64,000 bases of DNA from Candidatus Bathyarchaeota archaeon (GTDB lineage Archaea > Thermoproteota > Bathyarchaeia > 40CM-2-53-6). The stretch lies in assembly GCA_963733055.1 (NCBI GenBank), contig CAVTBR010000003.1, positions 416,001 through 480,000 on the forward strand. Reading direction: 5' to 3'. Shown here one piece after another: positions 57,338 to 64,000 of this stretch; positions within the stretch are counted from its first letter, which is position 1, and each line of letters begins with the position of its first letter. The position numbers and the translations under genes were made by a program. Below the pieces are notes generated by a model. That model was not told where the DNA came from. It ran no database searches and was given only the letters and a program-made list of their open reading frames with translations.

Positions 57338-59239
57338 ATGTCAACTTTTAACAGAAAAGCAATAACCCGAGTACAAGCCGCCGTAGTTGTCGTAGTTATC
57401 GTCTTTGCAATAATAGCAGGCGCAGTATACACTTCAATGCAGCCGACCCAACCCAGTCAGATGTCAACTTCGGCAGCTCAAGGTGCATCAAAGACCATTG
57501 ATACGCTCACCATCTCAGCAGCATTTTGGCCCTTAGATGACCTCAATCAACTCTATTCTGAGGGGGAGCTACCGTGGCCGAGCCCCATGGCCTTCACAGT
57601 CTACCAACCATTAGTCACTATGAATATGAGCGCTGAATTTCAGCAAGGTGCTGTCCAGTTCCTACCGGGCTTAGCGACTTGGACCGTTTCCCCCGACGGA
57701 ACGACGTATACCTTCAGTTTGAAACAGAACGTAAAATTCTCTAACGGCGATCCACTCAACGCCTTCCAGGTGTGGGCGGAGGAGTATGGATTCTACTATC
57801 TCTCCGGCAACAGCACCGCGTGGCTAGAATCCTACGCCCTCTTCGATATGTCGAAAGTGAACTTCGGCCCCGCAACAATCGCCCTAATGACGAAGAGCGG
57901 CCTCATCAACCCAACTCAGGACCTGCTCAACATAATGATGAACAGCGCTTGGCCCATTTACGTAACCGATCAAAACACAATCGTATTCCGTATAGTCGCG
58001 CCATTCGTCTGGTTCCCCGGAACCCTCGTAGTCTACAATGGGCTGATCTATGATACCCAGTGGCTTCTCCAGAACGGAGGCTTCGGAACCCCCACCGCAT
58101 ATAACTCATACTTCAACCAGCACCCGATCCCAGGAACCGGCCCATATGTGGTCTCAGGGATATCGGAGAACTCCTACGTGAAATTCTCCCAGAACCCGAC
58201 GTATTGGGGCGCGAACATGACCGCTGACGAGATCGCTCAACAACCATTATTCGACCCCGGACACGCGCGAAACGTGATCGTCAACTACAAACCCGACGAC
58301 GTTGCAAGATACACGGACCTATCCACAGGCGCTGCTCAAATCGCAGACATAGAAACGCCAGACTGGAACCTGATAAGCCAAAACCCGCAAACATATTCCT
58401 ACTTCAAGCCCCCGGCCTGGAGCGGCGAAGTTGCGCTGTTAGGCCTGAACACTCATGAGTACCCCACAAACATCACACTCGTAAGACAGGCAATAGTGCA
58501 CGCCCTTAACTACACTGACATTGCAGCGAAGGCGTACGGCGGAGCACTCTCCTCCTATGTGGGCCCTGAATACCCATGGTGGAAGGATTACTACGATCTA
58601 GGCAACTACCCAGCATACCAATACAACCTAACCTTAGCCAACCAACTCCTAGCTGAAGCCCATATCACAAACATGCCCACATTTCTACTCAGGGTCGAAA
58701 GCGGATGTCCGTTATGCGTTAACGCGGCGCAAGTCATGCAATCTGATCTAGCCATGATAGGAATCAACGTTAACATTGCAGTAATTCAACCAAGCCTATA
58801 CAATACTCAGCTGGGATCTTACCAGACTAATGTTGCGAACGCGGCACAGCTTGGTCAACTTGAATACGTGAACTCAGGTTTTGGTTGGGGCCCTGCAACG
58901 GTTACTCCAACAGACTACTGGGTCACCTTTGTGAGCAATCAATCGGTTTGGGGTAACTACGCAGCATACTATAACCCAACAGTACAGAAAGCCGTGAACG
59001 CCTTCTTCACTAACAGCTCCAACCCAGCCTATCTACAATCATTAGTGAAGGACGCCCAGGGGCAAATCTACAATGACGCTCCATACGCGTGGCTGGGCAC
59101 ATTCGGCCTCTGGTTACCTTGGGGAGGCTCAATCGTCTGGAAGACCGGCGTCATATCTGGCTTCCTCGTCGACCCAGTGTGGACCGGACAAGCCACGGAA
59201 CCAATCTTCAACACAGTGACCTTCGGCCCCAACGCGTAA
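57338..59239 (+). CDS. dppA: Family-5 ABC substrate-binding protein with class III (prepilin-like) signal peptide
   Basis: RKA|ITRVQA leader; VYQPLV, FLPGLA, VKFSNGDP, PGTGPY, VRQAIVHA. Confidence 0.85.
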   Translation: MSTFNRKAITRVQAAVVVVVIVFAIIAGAVYTSMQPTQPSQMSTSAAQGASKTIDTLTISAAFWPLDDLNQLYSEGELPWPSPMAFTVYQPLVTMNMSAEFQQGAVQFLPGLATWTVSPDGTTYTFSLKQNVKFSNGDPLNAFQVWAEEYGFYYLSGNSTAWLESYALFDMSKVNFGPATIALMTKSGLINPTQDLLNIMMNSAWPIYVTDQNTIVFRIVAPFVWFPGTLVVYNGLIYDTQWLLQNGGFGTPTAYNSYFNQHPIPGTGPYVVSGISENSYVKFSQNPTYWGANMTADEIAQQPLFDPGHARNVIVNYKPDDVARYTDLSTGAAQIADIETPDWNLISQNPQTYSYFKPPAWSGEVALLGLNTHEYPTNITLVRQAIVHALNYTDIAAKAYGGALSSYVGPEYPWWKDYYDLGNYPAYQYNLTLANQLLAEAHITNMPTFLLRVESGCPLCVNAAQVMQSDLAMIGINVNIAVIQPSLYNTQLGSYQTNVANAAQLGQLEYVNSGFGWGPATVTPTDYWVTFVSNQSVWGNYAAYYNPTVQKAVNAFFTNSSNPAYLQSLVKDAQGQIYNDAPYAWLGTFGLWLPWGGSIVWKTGVISGFLVDPVWTGQATEPIFNTVTFGPNA

Positions 59240-59474
59240 TCCGCATACAAAACAGTACGGCCACTCAACTGACCGTACTGCCTTCCGATTTTTTCCGAGC
59301 CGTCAATTTCGTGACCCTCACCTGAACGGAGCGTTTTATCGCTAAGGTATCGAATCCGAACCGAGTTCTATGAAGATAGGGTGCTGTGCGGCACATGCAA
59401 CAATTTCAGCAGCAGTGGTAATCTAACAATAATCTTAACCGTTGAATGGGTTCGGCGACACGCGTGACAGTTTC

Positions 59475-59703
59475 TTGAAGATAACTGACCTGAAGTCGAC
59501 GATTGTGGCGGTGCCGCTAACTCAAGCTCATCCGTCATCATTAGACGTAGTCGGCCGAACACCATGCCTATCAGTAATTGTTGAGGTCAGGACTGACTCA
59601 GGTTTGGTCGGCATTTGGTGAGTCCCGATAATTACTGGAGCTGAAGTTTGCAAATCAATGATAGACGCCGTAAAGCCCATACTGGTAGGCAGCGATCCTT
59701 TCA
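59475..59703 (+). pseudogene. Truncated N-terminal remnant of a mandelate racemase/muconate lactonizing (enolase superfamily) enzyme
   Basis: MKITDLKSTIVAVPL...VIVEVRTDSGLVGI-W-stop-VPIITGAEVCKSMIDAVKPILVGSDPF; no room for the TIM barrel before the convergent gene. Confidence 0.7.
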
Positions 59704-59736
59704 TGAAGGCAATGAAATCAGACCGAAAGGCGAATT

Positions 59737-60825
59737 CTAAGTTCTGGCTCCCCTCGCATCAATACTAAGACTTGAGATTATCTCATCGCCCCGACAAAAG
59801 TGAATTCTGTCCCAGAGATCGATGAAAGGGCAGATGTGGTAAGGGATGAATTCAAGTTTCTCCCCAAGCTCAGCTCTTAACTTACCTTCCCGAGACCTGA
59901 GCACGGCATGTTCCTCTGAAAGACCTACGATTTCACCGTTGATGTCCTTGAGAGGGCTGGGAAACCTGCCTTGATCGGAGGAGAAACTCTTCGACCCTGC
60001 ATCGATCACCGCCTGTTCGCTTGATGGTTTGCTCATCACTGTTCCGATAAGCGTAACAGCACAATCGGACTTTGGAACCCCTCGCTCATACTGCATCACA
60101 TCATTGTATACGTACGCGCCGGGTTCTAGTTCGGTAACGTCCGCCAGTTCAGCCCAGATTGGCGCCGAAGGAGTTCCGCCAACTGAAACAACATCAACCT
60201 CCATTCCCTTACCTCTGATTTCATGAACTGCTTTCTGAACAACCTTGTTGGATTCCATCACAATCTTACTGCGTTCAGCGTTACCTAGAGGCTTGAAACT
60301 ATGCCCGTCATAACCCATGACCCCTACGAAATACAGGCTCGGAGATTTCGAGGTTAGGTTGGCCAGCGTTCCAGCCCTCTCAGGGTCAACGCCGCACCTG
60401 TGCATTCCAACATCCACATCAACGTAGATCCCGATTTCAACGCCATGTGAACGCGCTGACCGCGAGAGCTGCTCTACGCCCAGTTCCGAATCAACAGCTA
60501 CAGAAATCTTCGCCATCGAAGCTAGAGCTGCCAACCTGTCAGTCTTCTGTACCCCGATTACTTCGTTGCTTACGAAGACATCCCTAACTCCATGCTTCAC
60601 CATTACCTCGGCCTCTTCCGTCTTTTGCACGCAGATTCCAACCGCTCCAGCTTCTACTTGCCATAGCGCGACCAAAGGAAGCTTGTGAGTCTTGGCGTGC
60701 GGTCGAAGTTTCTTACCATTGGCGTTCGCGAGTCTCTGCATTCTTTCAATATTGGCCCTTACCTTGTCGACATCAGCTACTATGAACGGGGTGTCGAGAT
60801 CCTCCTTCCGCATAAACAAAGCCAA
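59737..60825 (-). CDS. DSD1/D-threonine aldolase family fold-type III PLP enzyme
   Basis: LRPHAKTHK, MHRCGV, GYDGH, GGTP, DAGSK, SEEH, PYHICP. Confidence 0.88.
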   Translation of the reverse strand: MALFMRKEDLDTPFIVADVDKVRANIERMQRLANANGKKLRPHAKTHKLPLVALWQVEAGAVGICVQKTEEAEVMVKHGVRDVFVSNEVIGVQKTDRLAALASMAKISVAVDSELGVEQLSRSARSHGVEIGIYVDVDVGMHRCGVDPERAGTLANLTSKSPSLYFVGVMGYDGHSFKPLGNAERSKIVMESNKVVQKAVHEIRGKGMEVDVVSVGGTPSAPIWAELADVTELEPGAYVYNDVMQYERGVPKSDCAVTLIGTVMSKPSSEQAVIDAGSKSFSSDQGRFPSPLKDINGEIVGLSEEHAVLRSREGKLRAELGEKLEFIPYHICPFIDLWDRIHFCRGDEIISSLSIDARGART

Positions 60826-61044
60826 CTCGGACCGTGGTTAACTCGATAGGTGAATGGCGCCTATTCCTCTCAAAATACATTGTGGCCTCTTGACTGCGTC
60901 CACGAGACCAGCGAGGCAGAAAAGGAAATTCCCTGGCTAGTGCAACCTCTTCTCATCGAAGTAGAACCGGTCCACCTCACGGTCAAGAATTGTGCGTGCC
61001 TCTTAAATCCAGACCGCAGATTGAGAGCCTGCGTTGTGAAGCAG

Positions 61045-62185
61045 ATGAAGCCAGACATGGGAGTATATTACGAGATGCTTGACGCCGCTAGCTGTAGCGC
61101 CGCCCTCTCTTTCTTTCCTATCAGGAACCTGGCCTGATGTCGAGACCTGGAAGTCGAAAGCTAGGGCAAAGGCTCTCGAATTGATCGCTTTCAAGCCACC
61201 AGAGGTTCAACTAAACGCATCAACCGGAGCCCGCCATCATGAAGACGGAGTGGTTGTGGAGGAAATTTCTTACGACATGCCATATGGACCTCGGGCCAAC
61301 GGCATCTTCCTCTATCCGAAAGACGCTGGAAGCAAATTGCCGGCGATCGTAGCTCTTCACGACCATGGCGAATTCTTCTATTATGGCAAGGAGAAGCTTG
61401 TGAGCTTTCCAAACGAACCCAAAATCCTTCACGAATACAGAGACAAGTATTATGGTGGCAGGGGCTGGGCGAAGGAGCTCGCTAAAAGAGGATTCGCCGT
61501 TTTGGCGGTTGACAGCTTTCTTTGGGGAAGCCGAAAGATTCCGATTGACTCCGTCAACGAGGAATTACCAAAAGAGTTTGAACGGCTGGACTCCAAAAGT
61601 GAGGAGTACATTCAGAGGTATAATGAATTCTGGGCAAGGAACGAATGCATTCTGGTTGTCGACTCGATTCTCAATTCGGGGACGAGCTGGCCTGCGATCT
61701 TTGCATACGAAGATAGGCGAAGCGTAGACTACTTGGTAAATCGACCAGAGGTGGATTCGAACCGAATCGGATGCGGAGGGTTGTCGATGGGTGGCCTACG
61801 TACCATATTTCTAGCCGGATTGGACGAGCGAGTGCGCTGCGCATTCTGTGTGGGGTTCATGACCACGATGCGCGGGGTGCTTCGCAACCACATCAGGTGC
61901 CCGCCTGGACATGGCTTACTCATGTATGTTCCAGAACTTTTCAAATTACTGGACCTGCCTGATGTAATTGCGATACGTTCACCGGCACCCCTCATGGTCC
62001 AATATAACGAAGAAGACGAACTATTCACTCCCGAAGGTCAGCACCAAGCAGACCGCAAGATTATGGGCATCTACTCCAAGAGCGGCTACCCAAACAACTA
62101 TGTAGGTAAATTTTACCCGGGCCCGCACAAATTCAACGTAGCAATGCAAGAAGACGCATTCAAGTGGTTAGAAGGTTGCCTTTAG
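61045..62185 (+). CDS. Alpha/beta hydrolase (dienelactone hydrolase/esterase-like); possible frameshift near 61078, main ORF starts 61079
   Basis: ALHDHG, GLSMGG nucleophile elbow, DELF, GPHKF. Confidence 0.8.
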
Positions 62186-62209
62186 GTGATACAAGTGGCT
62201 AGGTTTTGA

Positions 62210-63148
62210 TCAAGTCCCGGCGATGACGTTTTGCAGGAAAGTCCGAGATCTGGTGTACATCCCGTCGATTGAATCGCGCATTTGAGGGTTTCCGCCAATG
62301 TCGATACCGAACACTCCGCCGAAATGTTGCTTCTCGAGCGCTTTCATGACGGTCGTCCAATCAATGAGACCTTTTCCAATTTCTAAGTGGCCTTCGTTGC
62401 TATAGTCGGAGTCACTTGCGTGCACGTAGAAAATTCTCTTCCCTAGCATTTCGGCAGCCTGAACGAGGGCGGTCCTTTGGCAAGCAAAATGCGCGGTTTC
62501 GAAGACTGCTCCCAGATTCTTACTGTTCACTTCACGCATCAGAAGTTCCAGCCCCCAAACGCTGGAAACTGTTTCCCAAACTCTCGGTTCAACGCACAAT
62601 CGAATCCCATGGCTTGCTGCGAAATCCGTGCACTGAGCCACCGAGTCAACAACCACTTCCTTGAAGTACTTCCAGAAATCGAAATTGGGTTCGACTTTCA
62701 TTTTCGGGGGTTGGTAGGCGTAGCTGAAATCGCGAGAGATGTCGTAGGGTTTGACCTCGTAAAACGGAGGGTAGTATGAGTCCAGTTCAACCATATCGGC
62801 CTCCAGGAAGTTCGCTATTTCACAACCCAATCGGAAGTCAGCTAGTGCAGCTTTCCTTTTTGTTTCATCAGTACTGGTTAGGTCTGGAAGCACCGGTACG
62901 AAATTCACAATCTTAAGCCCGGCCTCACTACACCGTTTTCTTATTGTTCCTTTGTTTTTTTCTTCAGCGTGTAGCTGTGGGCCACCGACGCCTTCCATCT
63001 CGAATAGGGTGAAACCAAGCCTTCGTGCATCTTCAAATGCCTTGAAGATATCTTCTAAGCTCATCACGTACCCATACTTTGTAATTGCGTATAACCAGCA
63101 CATGCCAATGCGGGGGTTCAAAGTGGTCGAGAAAGCTCCTGACCTCAA
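62210..63148 (-). CDS. Sugar phosphate isomerase/epimerase (AP-endonuclease-2 TIM barrel)
   Basis: LCVEP, FETAH, YVHASD, HLEIGKGLIDW. Confidence 0.8.
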   Translation of the reverse strand: MRSGAFSTTLNPRIGMCWLYAITKYGYVMSLEDIFKAFEDARRLGFTLFEMEGVGGPQLHAEEKNKGTIRKRCSEAGLKIVNFVPVLPDLTSTDETKRKAALADFRLGCEIANFLEADMVELDSYYPPFYEVKPYDISRDFSYAYQPPKMKVEPNFDFWKYFKEVVVDSVAQCTDFAASHGIRLCVEPRVWETVSSVWGLELLMREVNSKNLGAVFETAHFACQRTALVQAAEMLGKRIFYVHASDSDYSNEGHLEIGKGLIDWTTVMKALEKQHFGGVFGIDIGGNPQMRDSIDGMYTRSRTFLQNVIAGT

Positions 63149-63211
63149 CCAAATATAACATTACCGAGAAAGCGGAAACCTGGTTCGAATGTTCGCCTTT
63201 GAATTAGTTAT

Positions 63212-63937
63212 TTGCACGTGAGATTATTGGTAGAGTATGTGGTTCTTTTCGATATAGATGGCACCTTAGTCTCAAGCGTAGTGGCGGAAGACGACGAGAG
63301 GCGTCGCTATTCGGATGCCGTACGCGACGTTGTTGGTCAAATTCCTACAGTGTCTCCGGCAAGGTTCGCAGGCATGGTTGATCCGCAGATCTGCCGAATA
63401 CTCTTGACCGAACTTGGACTGACTGGTGACGCGATTAACTGTCTCGTTCCCAAAGTGCTCGCACGTATGAGTGAACTGTATGTTGTGATGAATAAGACGA
63501 TTCAGTTGAACACGGGTGTACGAGAGTTGTTGCCGCTTCTCGCCAAGTCGCCAAGGCATATTGTCGGTGTTCTCACAGGGAACCTCCAGCAGATCGCTAA
63601 GGAAAAATTGGCTCGTGCTGAAATCGTATCCTACTTTTCGGAGTTTTACTGTGCTGACCGTTATTTTGACCGCACAAGTTTGGTGCCGGACGCGGTTAGT
63701 TCTTGCGTGAAGAAACATTCGTTGCCCACCAGCAGGAGAGTAATGATTGTCGGCGACACACCCCGTGACATCACAGCCGCGAACTCTTCCGAAGCAACCT
63801 CGATTGGCATCGCAAGCAGTGGGTTCTCCATGCGACAGTTAAGCGAGGCGGAGGCGATGCAGGTTTACCCAAACCTGAAACCAACCAAGCAACTCCTCGC
63901 GGGACTAGGCTTAGAGTATCAGCACAAATTGCTTTGA
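63212..63937 (+). CDS. HAD-family hydrolase (phosphoglycolate phosphatase-like)
   Basis: LFDIDGTL, LTGN, IVGDTPRDI. Confidence 0.85.
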   Translation: MHVRLLVEYVVLFDIDGTLVSSVVAEDDERRRYSDAVRDVVGQIPTVSPARFAGMVDPQICRILLTELGLTGDAINCLVPKVLARMSELYVVMNKTIQLNTGVRELLPLLAKSPRHIVGVLTGNLQQIAKEKLARAEIVSYFSEFYCADRYFDRTSLVPDAVSSCVKKHSLPTSRRVMIVGDTPRDITAANSSEATSIGIASSGFSMRQLSEAEAMQVYPNLKPTKQLLAGLGLEYQHKLL

Positions 63938-64000
63938 GCAATATCGGTAAGCATGACATATGCTCAATAATACCCAGAAGCTAGGCTTCGGGGATTTGCG

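Noticed and set aside
1-64000. CRISPR arrays, tRNA/rRNA genes, transposases, integrases, inteins, and the many short antisense/overlapping ORFs in the track
   Set aside because: No spaced direct repeats, cloverleaf or recombinase motifs were seen; RFC and MCM have normal core lengths; the short ORFs are shadows of well-supported genes

Overview
A 64-kb archaeal chromosomal segment. The rfcL/rfcS, gins-mcm-hel308 cluster, PGF/PEF-CTERM sorting tails, class III signal peptide and many TTG/GTG starts suggest a TACK-lineage archaeon, plausibly Bathyarchaeia-like (inference). From left to right: moaC-moaB; divergent replication genes (rfcL-rfcS and gins-mcm-hel308); purB; housekeeping and repair genes; a secreted proteolysis/peptide-binding block (M6-like::DUF192, circularly permuted family-5 SBP, S8 protease); a ~15-kb metal/copper and electron-transfer island (ZIP, CopC-CopD-Vgb fusion, three different cupredoxins, a DOMON cytochrome b-Rieske-cytochrome b module, a second di-heme b protein, CtaG/DUF1404, Met-rich proteins); ubiE-like methyltransferase, ferritin-like protein and amt; a membrane-anchored degenerate KaiC protein; kdpABC, APC permease and mscL; and a dpp-type ABC transporter with catabolic genes. 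Main candidates for novelty: (1) the c-type-cytochrome-free Rieske/cyt b plus cupredoxin island, whose cytochrome b has Lys in place of the 4th heme His; (2) an RFC large subunit fused to a Cys-rich domain; (3) a receptor-like KaiC pseudo-ATPase whose ectodomain resembles that of a PGF-CTERM surface protein. Single-base frameshifts in mcm, the Rieske gene, kdpA, dppB and probably a hydrolase look like sequencing/assembly errors. No rRNA, tRNA, CRISPR array or mobile element was recognised. All family calls come from motifs read by eye, not from database searches.
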